64,000 bases of DNA from Myxococcales bacterium (GTDB taxonomy: Bacteria > Myxococcota_A > Polyangia > Polyangiales > Polyangiaceae): positions 20,860-84,859 of the forward strand of contig JAYTOU010000029.1 of the NCBI GenBank assembly GCA_043747615.1, written 5' to 3'. This document shows positions 28,013-37,098 of this stretch, one piece after another; positions within the stretch are counted from its first letter, which is position 1; every line of letters begins with the position of its first letter. Under the pieces are notes generated by a model. The model had not been told where the DNA came from and did not search any database. It was given only the letters and a program-made list of their open reading frames with translations. Made by a program: the position numbers and the translations under genes.

Positions 28013-29425
28013 ATGAGACGACTCTTCTTTTTCGTTCTGGCGATGGCCGGATGCGACAAGGCGACGCCGGCGTCTACGTCCGCGCCTTCGGCGAGCACTT
28101 CGCCTTCCATCGTGGCCAGTGCGCGCGCTCCCGTGGCGGCAACGGCTGCGGACGCGTCGGCCGCGAATCAAGAGCGCCTCTCCTTCGTTGGCACGCTCGG
28201 CTCTCTCACCGACACGCGGATCGGCGTGGACCGACGCGGCAACGCGCTGACGATGACGATGAGCACGGCAAGCGGTCAGCGCTCTTTTCGCGGTGCGATG
28301 AAGGACGGCACGCACTTCACGGTCACCGAAATGGTGAAGGGCCATGCGCCGTCCATCTTTGAAGGCGAGCTGACCGACGCTCGCCTCACGGGGCAATCAA
28401 AGGAACCGGGCGCCAAGCCAGCGCTCGCTTTCTCGGGCGTGCCCGTCACCATCTTCGCCTCCGAGCCCACGTTCGACGAAAGCTATGTGGGATCGCTCGG
28501 TGGCAAGATCCGCATTCGCATGAAGCTCACGCGTGACGGCGATAAGCTCACCGGGATCTACCGTTACGCGCGCAGCAAAGAGGATCTCCGCCTCACCGGT
28601 ACCGTGAGCCCGGATGGCCGCTTCGAGCTTCAGGAGTCGGACGCAAAAGGCCACATTTCAGGCAAATTCAAGGGCATTTTCATTCGCCGCTCCGAGGCCA
28701 CGGGCGACTGGTCTTCCGCCGATGGCAAGCGCTCCTTGGCCGTCAACTTGGAGCGGGGTGACGGTTACCCCGAGACGATCACGCTCGAGTACGGGGGACG
28801 CCTCGCTCCCGAAGAGGATCATCGAACGGCACCGAACTGCGTGGCGGAATCGATCATTCCCCAAGCGGTGGGCCTCACGTCGAAGACCGCGCAGAGCGCG
28901 TTGAACCCGACGTTGCGCGAGCTCGGTGGAGGGGTGGCCTCGAAGGCGATGCCCTGCGACGGGGCAACTGCAGAACTTCCGTGGTCCACGGAGTCGGGCT
29001 ACGCGGTGAGCGCGCAGCGCGGCCGCTACGTTGGCATCTCGTTCTCGACGAGCGGCTTTGCGGGAGGTGCGCACGGATTCGGTTCGTCGATCTGCCGCGT
29101 GATCGATCTAGAGACGGGCAAAGCGATCGCTCTGTCGCCGCTCCTCAGCGCGGACGGACGCAGCAAGCTCAACAAGCTCGTCACCGAGAAGATCAAGAAA
29201 GAGCAGAACCTCAAAATACTCACCGAAGGCGGTTTTTTCGAGGACGAAGCGAAGGTCTCGCCCGATACGAACGTCTGCTTCGCCAAGGGTGGCGGCGCCG
29301 ACGTCGTCTTCAACGATTACGAGATTTCGCCGCACGTCGTCGGTCCGCCGGAGGTGTATTTCACGAAGGAAGAAGTGCGAGCGCTCTTCACCAAGAACGA
29401 GCTGACGGACGCGCTCTTCAAATAA
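28013..29425 (+). CDS. lipoprotein with C-terminal DUF3298/RsiV-like domain
   Basis: VLAMAG-C; repeated beta modules; GFAGGAHG..IDLETGK..VFNDYEISPHVVG. Confidence 0.75.
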   Translation: MRRLFFFVLAMAGCDKATPASTSAPSASTSPSIVASARAPVAATAADASAANQERLSFVGTLGSLTDTRIGVDRRGNALTMTMSTASGQRSFRGAMKDGTHFTVTEMVKGHAPSIFEGELTDARLTGQSKEPGAKPALAFSGVPVTIFASEPTFDESYVGSLGGKIRIRMKLTRDGDKLTGIYRYARSKEDLRLTGTVSPDGRFELQESDAKGHISGKFKGIFIRRSEATGDWSSADGKRSLAVNLERGDGYPETITLEYGGRLAPEEDHRTAPNCVAESIIPQAVGLTSKTAQSALNPTLRELGGGVASKAMPCDGATAELPWSTESGYAVSAQRGRYVGISFSTSGFAGGAHGFGSSICRVIDLETGKAIALSPLLSADGRSKLNKLVTEKIKKEQNLKILTEGGFFEDEAKVSPDTNVCFAKGGGADVVFNDYEISPHVVGPPEVYFTKEEVRALFTKNELTDALFK

Positions 29426-29572
29426 CCTCGCGCAAGGAGGCGACGATGCACACCAGGGTTCTTTTCGCCCGAGCAGCGCGCCATGCAAGCTTGGCAGTTT
29501 CGGCAAATCGTCCCCGAGCGCGCACGCGTGAAGCTCCAGACCGCCTCCGCCACTTCCGGCTAGACTGACGGC

Positions 29573-30022
29573 ATGAGGCTCTCGGTTCTTCTGGCCAGCG
29601 CAGTCCTCGTCGTTGCCGGCGCGCGTACCCTCGGTGCATGCGACGACGAGACCTCGCATTTGCTCGTGGGGCGGCTCTTCGACCCGGCTCGCGCCTGCCT
29701 CGATCCCGAAGGCACCATCGCGCTCGTCGATGGCCCCGTCCCCGACAAAGCGTGCGCACCGACCTGCGTCGTGGGCCCCTCCGGGCAAAACGGCAACGGC
29801 TCGAATGTGTCCGTAACCACCATGTGCGGGCCGTACCCCGCGCTCGACGACACGAGCGGAGATCCTGCCGGTTGTAGCGACGCGCTCACCGCGCTCGATC
29901 GCGGAGACACGTGCCTCGTAGACGGTGGCTCGTCGTCCCCCGCGCTGAGCAATGACGATGCGGCCGATGGCAACGCGACCCAGGACGCCGGAAAAGACGC
30001 GCGAGCGGACGTAGCTGACTGA
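29573..30022 (+). CDS. Cys-containing lipoprotein
   Basis: Signal ending LGA-C; several Cys; acidic DA-rich tail. Confidence 0.65.
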   Translation: MRLSVLLASAVLVVAGARTLGACDDETSHLLVGRLFDPARACLDPEGTIALVDGPVPDKACAPTCVVGPSGQNGNGSNVSVTTMCGPYPALDDTSGDPAGCSDALTALDRGDTCLVDGGSSSPALSNDDAADGNATQDAGKDARADVAD

Positions 30023-30023
30023 C

Positions 30024-31010
30024 TCAAGCCAAAGGCGCGCGCCTCCGCAGGAGAAGCAAGAAGAGCGGGCCGCCGATGAGCGCGGTGACCGCCCCCACGG
30101 GGGGCTCGGTGTGAAGAAAGCGAAAGAGCGTTCGGCTCACCATGTCGCAGAGAACGAGCGTGGCGCCGCCGACCATGAAAGAAGCCGGGAGCCCAATCCG
30201 GACGTCGGGGCCAAAGATGCGGCGCAGCGCATGGGGCACGATGAGCCCGATGAAACCAATGAGCCCAGTGATGCTCACGATCGCTCCGACCACCATGGAG
30301 CAGGCGAAGAACGTACGGCGCTCGAGCGCGCGAACATCGATCCCCAAAGTTTCAGCGGGCTCGTGGCCGAGCGCGAGGAGGTTCAAGCGCCCAGCGTCGG
30401 AGAGGAGAACGGCGCCGCCCAGCGCGACGTAAATCGCCACGAAAATAAGGGACCCGGTTGAGGGCACGTCCAAGAATCCCATTAGCCAGAAGAGGAGCTC
30501 TTGAGCCTTCGTGGCGCTCACCAGCGTCTTCAAGAACGTGATCCCCGCCGAGGCGATCGCGTTCACGACGACCCCCGCGAGCAAGATCGACGTACCGTTG
30601 AAGGCGCCTGTGGATCGCGCGAGGCCATAGACCACGGCCGTGGAAGCGAGCCCGCCCACGAGCGCCGCGAGAGGAACCGTGGCCGCGCCGAGGAGGGTCG
30701 CGCCACTGAGCCCGAAGAGGATTGCGATCGTGGCTCCGAGCGCGGCGCCACCGGAGACGCCGAGGACGTACGGCTCGGCGAGCGGATTACGTAGGATGGC
30801 CTGGAATGCGACTCCCACCGCCGCGAGCCCACCTCCGGCGACGGCACCCAGGAAGACCCGCGGAAGCCGCGCATCGAGGACGATCATGCGGTCGAGCGAA
30901 TTCGGCTCGAAGAGCACGCGCGTCATCGACACCGACTCGGTCCCGTACATCGTCGCCAGTACCACGGCGGCGACGAGAGTCATCGCTCCGAAGACGAGGG
31001 CGCGGATCAT
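30024..31010 (-). CDS. FecCD/BtuC-family ABC transporter permease
   Basis: RLPRV, QAILRNPLAEPYVLGVSGGA, LNLLALG, GLIGFIGLIVPH, PVGAVTALIGGP. Confidence 0.92.
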   Translation of the reverse strand: MIRALVFGAMTLVAAVVLATMYGTESVSMTRVLFEPNSLDRMIVLDARLPRVFLGAVAGGGLAAVGVAFQAILRNPLAEPYVLGVSGGAALGATIAILFGLSGATLLGAATVPLAALVGGLASTAVVYGLARSTGAFNGTSILLAGVVVNAIASAGITFLKTLVSATKAQELLFWLMGFLDVPSTGSLIFVAIYVALGGAVLLSDAGRLNLLALGHEPAETLGIDVRALERRTFFACSMVVGAIVSITGLIGFIGLIVPHALRRIFGPDVRIGLPASFMVGGATLVLCDMVSRTLFRFLHTEPPVGAVTALIGGPLFLLLLRRRAPLA

Positions 31011-31086
31011 CGGTGACCTTTGACGACGACCATCAGGTTCGCTTTCATCGCACGAAAGCGGCAGGAAAGAGAGTAAGACTCACCGC

Positions 31087-31596
31087 ATGTACTACGAGAT
31101 GTTTTGCCAGATGAAGAAGATGCTCCGACAGATGGACACGTGGCTCGAGCTGGCAGCAGTGCACGCGCAAAAGAAGGGTTTCGATCCGAACCTCTTTCTG
31201 GGTTTTCGTCTCGCGCCGGACCAGTTCGCATTCGCCCGCCAGGTGCAGGTCGCGTGCGACACCGCAAAGGCCGCCGCGGGCCGCCTCACCGGGACGGAGC
31301 CTCCCAAGCACGCCGATACCGAGCAGACCATCGACGAGCTCCGCGCTCGGGTCGCCAGCGTGGTCACGTTCCTCGATGGATTTTCCGCGAAGGATTTCGA
31401 GGGCGCTGCGAAACGCGTCGTCACCCAGCCGCGCTGGGAAGGCAAAGTGATGAGCGGCGCCGACTATTTCATGGAGCACGCCGTTCCCAACTTTTTCTTC
31501 CACGCCGCGCACGCGTTCGCGATCCTCCGCCACAACGGCGTCGAGATCGGCAAGCGCAATTATCTGGGCCCGCTCACCCAGACCACTCCCCAATAG
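31087..31596 (+). CDS. DUF1993 family protein
   Basis: RLAPDQFAFARQVQVACD, PNFFFH, ILRHNGVEIGKRNYLG. Confidence 0.9.
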   Translation: MYYEMFCQMKKMLRQMDTWLELAAVHAQKKGFDPNLFLGFRLAPDQFAFARQVQVACDTAKAAAGRLTGTEPPKHADTEQTIDELRARVASVVTFLDGFSAKDFEGAAKRVVTQPRWEGKVMSGADYFMEHAVPNFFFHAAHAFAILRHNGVEIGKRNYLGPLTQTTPQ

Positions 31597-31604
31597 CGCG
31601 GGCC

Positions 31605-32369
31605 TCAGGCGTTTCGGTCGTGGAGGATTTGCAAGCCCGTCAGGGTGAGCGTGTCGTCCACCTCCCGGATCGTCCGCGACAGCGGAGCAATGAGCGAAGC
31701 GAGCCCGCCCGTTGCGATGACGTCGCAGTTGTACCCGAGCTCGTCGCGTAGTCGGTCGACGAGACCGTCGACGAGACCCACGTAGCCGTAGACGATCCCC
31801 GATTGCATCGAGTGAAGCGTGTTCTTTCCGACCACCTTCGGCGGAAGCGCGATCTCGACCCGCGGGAGCTTCGCTGCCCTGGAAAAAAGGGCATCTGCGC
31901 TGATCTGGATGCCCGGCGCGATCACCCCTCCGAGGTACTCGCCCTTGGGGGTCACGCAGTCGAACGTGGTGGCCGTTCCGAAGTCGACGACGATGACTCC
32001 GCTCTTCACCTTCTCGAAAGCGGCGACGGCGTTGACGATCCGATCGGCCCCCACCTCGCGCGGGTTCTCGTAGAGAATCGCCATTCCAGTCTTGATGCCG
32101 GGGCCGACGATCTTCGCCTCGTGTCCGAACGCGCGGCGGACGAGCTGGGTCATCGGATCGGTGAGCGAGGGGACCACGCTCGCGATGATCGACGCCGTCA
32201 CGTCTCCCGGCGCTATGTCGTGCATCATCAAGAGCTGGCGTAGGGTGACCGCGTATTCGTCCGCCGTGCGCCCACGCCCGCTCTCCACGCGGAACTGGTG
32301 GATGAGCGTGTGGCCGTCGAAGAGGCCGTACACGATGTTCGTATTTCCAACGTCGACCACCAAAAGCAT
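31605..32369 (-). CDS. coaX: type III pantothenate kinase
   Basis: MLLVVDVGNT, EVGADR, VVDFGTATT, YLGGVIAPG, VIATGG. Confidence 0.95.
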   Translation of the reverse strand: MLLVVDVGNTNIVYGLFDGHTLIHQFRVESGRGRTADEYAVTLRQLLMMHDIAPGDVTASIIASVVPSLTDPMTQLVRRAFGHEAKIVGPGIKTGMAILYENPREVGADRIVNAVAAFEKVKSGVIVVDFGTATTFDCVTPKGEYLGGVIAPGIQISADALFSRAAKLPRVEIALPPKVVGKNTLHSMQSGIVYGYVGLVDGLVDRLRDELGYNCDVIATGGLASLIAPLSRTIREVDDTLTLTGLQILHDRNA

Positions 32370-32371
32370 GC

Positions 32372-34588
32372 TCACTTCTCCTCTTCGACCTTCACGTCTT
32401 GGATGACGTCTCCTTCGGCGACCGCGGCCCAATCACCTTCGGCATGACCCACGCGAGCGTACTCGCCGTCGAGATGCGGGGTGCGCGAGAGGGTCACGAA
32501 GATTTGGCTCGAGCCTGTGTCGCGTCCGGCGAGAGCGACGCCAACGTCGAGCGCCTCGAAGGGCACGGGGGACGTCTCGCAGCGAAGGAGACGACCCGCG
32601 CCGCCGTAGCCATCGCCGTCCGGATCGCCGAACTGCACCACGAAACCGGGAACGACGCGGTGAACCACGATCCCCCTGAAAAAACCGGCTTTGGCGAGGG
32701 CAACAAACCGTGTGGCTGCGACGGGCGCGAGCTCGGGATCAAATCGAATGGAGAGCGCACCGGCGTCGGTGAGGAACGAGAGCTTGGCCGCGCGGGCGAG
32801 CGGCGCGGCGAGCTCCGGAGCCGGTTCGATGGCGCCTTCGGGGGCGGCGCAGACGACGTTGCTCTCGGAGATCGCGGCAAGTGATTTCTGCGCGTGCTGT
32901 CGCATCGTCACGTTCGTGTCGTGGCAAGCGACGGTGGCCAGTCCGCGCGCGCTCTTCATGTCGAGGGCAAGCGCCGCTTCGATCAGCGCGAAGCGCGTCT
33001 CCACGAGATCGTCGCTCCACTTCGTCTCGAGGGCTTGGGTAAGTGCGTGGGTGATCGCTGGGTCGACCTCACGTGCCGCGGCTCCCACGGGCGGAGGGCT
33101 CGACGGATCGAGGGCAGCACGCCGTTCCTTTTCGGCGATGACGGAGGCGCGCTCGGGATGCTTCTTGATCACCTCCGCCGCAGTGGCGACGTAGCCTGCC
33201 TTCTTACTTTCCAGCGCCTCGACGAGAGCTGCTCGTGCTGCCTCTCCCAGCTCGGGGTGCGCGCCGATCGCCTCCACCGCCGCTTCACGCACGCGGATGT
33301 GCGCGCTCTTAGTGAGCAGAATCCAGGCCTTCTTTCGCTCTCCGGTAAGAGGTCGGCGGGTGAGGGCAGAGAGCCGCGCGGTCTCGAAGGCTGCGGTGCC
33401 GGGCGTGTCGCACTTGGAGAGGAGCGCCGAGTCGTAGGCCCCTTTAGCGAGTGCGCTCGCGGCGCCGCAGCGAAGCTCCCCGAGCCGTCGGGCGAGAGTC
33501 GCGGGGACGGCGCCTGGAGCGGCGAGCGCGGCTAGGGCGTAAAGCGCAGGCTCCGCGGAGGCCGGAGGCTCCGTTCCCATTGCTCCGACGAGCATCGCCA
33601 GAATTCCGAAATCGTCTCCCGCCAAGCGCATCAGCGCGAACGGGTCCTTGTCAGGTACGAGCAGCCCGAGCGCCTCTGCCGCGGCCGCGCGACCGGGCGA
33701 GACTTTTGGCTTTGCTCCGAGATCGTCGATCTGACCGAGGGCGCGCGCGGCCTCCGCACGCTCGGCGACGCTGAAGCTTGCCGTCTTCACCACGTTGGCG
33801 AGCGTAGCCGCAGCACCCGGTCCCGAGCGCGAAAGAGCACGCACCGCAAAGATCCGGGTCTCACCTTTGATCGCGAGTGACGCGCGTGCTGCCTCGATGA
33901 CCCTCGGGAAAAATTCCTCGCTCACGTGCGGCATGCGACCGAACGCATAGAGCGCCGAGGAAATCGGAGCGTTTGCACCCGCGCTCGCCGCATCGAGAAG
34001 CGCGGTCACCGCCTCGCTCCCCACGCCCCCATGACGCGATCCGAGATCGCCGAGGGCATACGCTGCGCGCTCCGACCACGCCCCGCGCGCGCGAACCCAC
34101 GCTGTGAGGATCTGCTCGGCTCCGGCGCCGCCGCATCTTCCAATGGCCCGGGCAATCGCGGTGCGCGGATCGATGACCGACGTTGGGCCTTCTTTCTCCG
34201 CGTCGAACGACACGCTACGGGCGACGAGGGCGCCGACGTGAGCGTCCTCTTTTCCTTTGCACGCCGCTCCGAGGCCATACGCTCCCCAGCCGATCGTCGC
34301 CGGATCTTCGTCCGACAAAGCGCGCATCAACCCGGGAATGCTGGCGTCGTCGGCGATGCGGGCGAGAGCGCGAGCGGCGCGGCGTCGCACGGTCACGTCG
34401 TGGCTCGAGGTCATCGCGTCGGTCACGTCTTTCGCTCTGCGCTGATCTTCGGCTCGGGCGATCGTGCTCACAACCGACGATGTGGGGCCGGTTGCGTCCG
34501 CACCGGCATCGGCGATCGTTTGATCGCGCGTGCACGCAAGCAGAGATGCGGAGGCGATCAGTAACATCACGAAGGGCCGCGCTCTCAC
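32372..34588 (-). CDS. HEAT-repeat plus cyclophilin-type peptidyl-prolyl isomerase lipoprotein
   Basis: SLLA-C; HEAT repeats (VRRRAARALARI); C-terminal HRVVPGFVVQFGDP..G.GG, AGRDTGSSQIF..PHLDGEY. Confidence 0.88.
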   Translation of the reverse strand: MRARPFVMLLIASASLLACTRDQTIADAGADATGPTSSVVSTIARAEDQRRAKDVTDAMTSSHDVTVRRRAARALARIADDASIPGLMRALSDEDPATIGWGAYGLGAACKGKEDAHVGALVARSVSFDAEKEGPTSVIDPRTAIARAIGRCGGAGAEQILTAWVRARGAWSERAAYALGDLGSRHGGVGSEAVTALLDAASAGANAPISSALYAFGRMPHVSEEFFPRVIEAARASLAIKGETRIFAVRALSRSGPGAAATLANVVKTASFSVAERAEAARALGQIDDLGAKPKVSPGRAAAAEALGLLVPDKDPFALMRLAGDDFGILAMLVGAMGTEPPASAEPALYALAALAAPGAVPATLARRLGELRCGAASALAKGAYDSALLSKCDTPGTAAFETARLSALTRRPLTGERKKAWILLTKSAHIRVREAAVEAIGAHPELGEAARAALVEALESKKAGYVATAAEVIKKHPERASVIAEKERRAALDPSSPPPVGAAAREVDPAITHALTQALETKWSDDLVETRFALIEAALALDMKSARGLATVACHDTNVTMRQHAQKSLAAISESNVVCAAPEGAIEPAPELAAPLARAAKLSFLTDAGALSIRFDPELAPVAATRFVALAKAGFFRGIVVHRVVPGFVVQFGDPDGDGYGGAGRLLRCETSPVPFEALDVGVALAGRDTGSSQIFVTLSRTPHLDGEYARVGHAEGDWAAVAEGDVIQDVKVEEEK

Positions 34589-35103
34589 GGAACGACCTCG
34601 TCGATGCGCATGGCGACCCGCTCACGCGCAGCCCGGTAATGACGCCAGAAATAACCGGGATCGGGGCCACGCACGCCCACCGGGAGTACGTCGAAACCGG
34701 CGCTCGTGAAAAGGGCCATCGCGCGGGGGATGTGCCAGTCGCACGTGACGAGCGCAATCTCATGAAGCCCCGTTCTATGGAGAATGCCGGCGGTGAAGCG
34801 GGCGTTGCCGCGGGTCGAGAGGGAGCACCGCTCGCGCACGATTCTCCTTTCAGGGACTCCACGATCCGCCAAAACGTTGAAGAGAACATCCGCTTCGATT
34901 CGTCCGTCCCACGCCCGTCCGCCCGTTGCCACCACGACGAGATCAGGATGTCGCGGCAAAAGCTCGAGGAAGAAGTCGGCCGTCGCCACCGCTCTGCGAC
35001 GAAACGCCCCACCGTCTACCGAACAACCAAGGACGACGATCGCCTCCACCGACTGCGCAGAATAGCGCGCCGATCGGGCGGGAAAAAGGTGGGCTGGGAT
35101 CAT
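34585..35103 (-). CDS. YdcF/DUF218 family protein
   Basis: AIVVLG, VVATGG, EADVL, ERCSLSTRGNA, LVTCDWHIPRA; start approximate. Confidence 0.85.
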   Translation of the reverse strand: MIPAHLFPARSARYSAQSVEAIVVLGCSVDGGAFRRRAVATADFFLELLPRHPDLVVVATGGRAWDGRIEADVLFNVLADRGVPERRIVRERCSLSTRGNARFTAGILHRTGLHEIALVTCDWHIPRAMALFTSAGFDVLPVGVRGPDPGYFWRHYRAARERVAMRIDEVVP

Positions 35104-35191
35104 CTCGGATGGAAAAAGGAGCGCAGGACGAGGTAGTGTGGGAGGCCTTATCACGCCGCGTTCAGCGGGGGGGCTTGGAGCGCAAAAGACG

Positions 35192-36031
35192 ATGCGGATT
35201 ACGTTCTGGGGAGTACGTGGAAGCATTCCGACGCCCGGCCCCGACACGGTGGAAATCGGCGGCAACACCAGCTGCGTCGAAGTCCGCGCCGGAAAGGCGC
35301 TTGTCATTTTCGACGGCGGCACGGGGCTGCGCATGCTCGGGCAAAAGCTCCTCAAAGAGGGGCCGCTCACTGCCCACATTTTCTTCAGCCACGTTCATTG
35401 GGATCACATCCAGGGCTTCCCCTTCTTCGCGCCTGCATTCTTGCCGGGCAACACCATCCATCTCTACGGCGGCAACAACGTCTCGCGCACCCTGGAAGAG
35501 ACGCTCGCCGGCCAGATGGACTACCCGAGCTTCCCCGTTCACCTGACGGAGCTCGGAGCGAAGATGACGTTCGCCGACCTCGTGGAGGGGCAAGTCCTTG
35601 AGCTCGACGCGGGCGAGGGGCAGAAGTTCAAGATCACGACGGGCCGGGGAAATCATCCCAACGGCGTGTGGGTCTACCGCTTCGAGTACAAGGGCAAGAG
35701 CGCGGTGTATGCGACCGACACAGAACACTACTCGGTCGTCGATCCGAAGCTCGTCACGCTCGCGAAGGACGCGGACATCCTCATCTACGACTCACAGTAC
35801 ACGCCCGAAGAGTACGCAGGCTCGGGGGGTAAACCCGGCAAAGTCGGCTGGGGTCACAGCACGATCGACGAAGCAGCCAAGCTGGCGAACGCGGCGGGCG
35901 TGAAGAAGCTCGTCCTTTTTCATCACGACCCGCTGCAGAACGACGCTGCCGTGCGCGAAAAAGAGCGTCGGACCAAAGAATGGTTCTCCAACACGGTGGC
36001 CGCCTACGAAGGGCTGACCCTCGAACCCTAG
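35192..36031 (+). CDS. MBL-fold metallo-hydrolase (phosphodiesterase-like)
   Basis: FWGVRGSIP, GGNTSC, DGGTG, SHVHWDHIQG, YATDTE, WGHS, LFHHDP. Confidence 0.9.
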   Translation: MRITFWGVRGSIPTPGPDTVEIGGNTSCVEVRAGKALVIFDGGTGLRMLGQKLLKEGPLTAHIFFSHVHWDHIQGFPFFAPAFLPGNTIHLYGGNNVSRTLEETLAGQMDYPSFPVHLTELGAKMTFADLVEGQVLELDAGEGQKFKITTGRGNHPNGVWVYRFEYKGKSAVYATDTEHYSVVDPKLVTLAKDADILIYDSQYTPEEYAGSGGKPGKVGWGHSTIDEAAKLANAAGVKKLVLFHHDPLQNDAAVREKERRTKEWFSNTVAAYEGLTLEP

Positions 36032-36156
36032 CCGTAGTCAGCGCTCGATCGCGCAAAGCTTGCGCCGTCTGGGGCGCGATCGGTAACGCGTTGCGCGAAT
36101 CGGCGGACGCGTCACAAAAATAGGCTTGTTTGTAAGGCTTTCTCGCGTGATGCACC

Positions 36157-37053
36157 GTGGCATTCCAGGTGCAAAAGAAGCGAGGCGAAGGTCTCGCCCC
36201 ACAGGGCTCCGAGACCGACACAAGCGAGGAAGCCATGGGCTCCGTCTTTGAAGGCGCATCTCTGCGCGTGTACCGACAAAATCTTTCTTCTTTCAAACCG
36301 CTCGACCGCGCCGTGGAGCGTGAGCTGGCACAAAAGTGGATCGCCGGCGACAAACGCGCAGGCGAGAAAATCGTCGAAGCCTGTCTACCGTTCGTCATCT
36401 CGATCGCTCTCGAGTACCGACGGTGGGGCATCCCCCTCGAAGACATCATCCAGCAAGGGAATCTCGGACTCCTTCGGGCGGCGAAAAAGTTCGACCCCGA
36501 TCGCGAGTGCCGCCTGGCAACCTACGCGGCGTACTGGATCCGCGCCGAGATCCGGGAGTACGTAGTTCGCGGCTACCGCGTCGTTCGCCTCGGCACGACC
36601 AAAGGAGAGCGCCGCGCACTGCGCGCTTACCGCTCGACGCACGAGCGTGACCCCGAGAAACTCGCGCTGATCTCCGGCCTGACCAAAGAGCGCATCGAGC
36701 TTCTCATGCCGCTTCTTGCCGGTCGCGAGATGAGTCTGGACGCGTCCACGAACGACGCACCTCCCGCAGTCGAGCGCATGACCGCCAGCGGGCCCAATCC
36801 CGAAGAAGCAGCGGGCGCGCAGGAGGTGCAGGACCAAGCGGAAACTGCCGTATCGGAAGCGCTACGTGGATTGACCGACCGCGAGCTCCTCATTGTTCGC
36901 GAACGCCTCATGAAAGACGACCCCCTCACGCTTCAGCGCCTCGGAGACATGCTCGGCGTGAGCAAGGAACGCGTACGTCAGCTCGAAGAACGCGCGCGCG
37001 GCAAGCTTCGCGGCAGCCTCAAGAGCTTTCGTGAGCACGCCCAAACGTTGTAG
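36157..37053 (+). CDS. RpoH/sigma32-family (group 3) sigma factor
   Basis: EDIIQQGNLGLLRAAKKFDPDRECRLATYAAYWIRAEI; region 4 TLQRLGDMLGVSKERVRQLE; start may be ATG 36235. Confidence 0.9.
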   Translation: MAFQVQKKRGEGLAPQGSETDTSEEAMGSVFEGASLRVYRQNLSSFKPLDRAVERELAQKWIAGDKRAGEKIVEACLPFVISIALEYRRWGIPLEDIIQQGNLGLLRAAKKFDPDRECRLATYAAYWIRAEIREYVVRGYRVVRLGTTKGERRALRAYRSTHERDPEKLALISGLTKERIELLMPLLAGREMSLDASTNDAPPAVERMTASGPNPEEAAGAQEVQDQAETAVSEALRGLTDRELLIVRERLMKDDPLTLQRLGDMLGVSKERVRQLEERARGKLRGSLKSFREHAQTL

Positions 37054-37098
37054 AAAACCTACAAACTGAGCGACCGCGGGATCGAGCTGCTACCCTTT

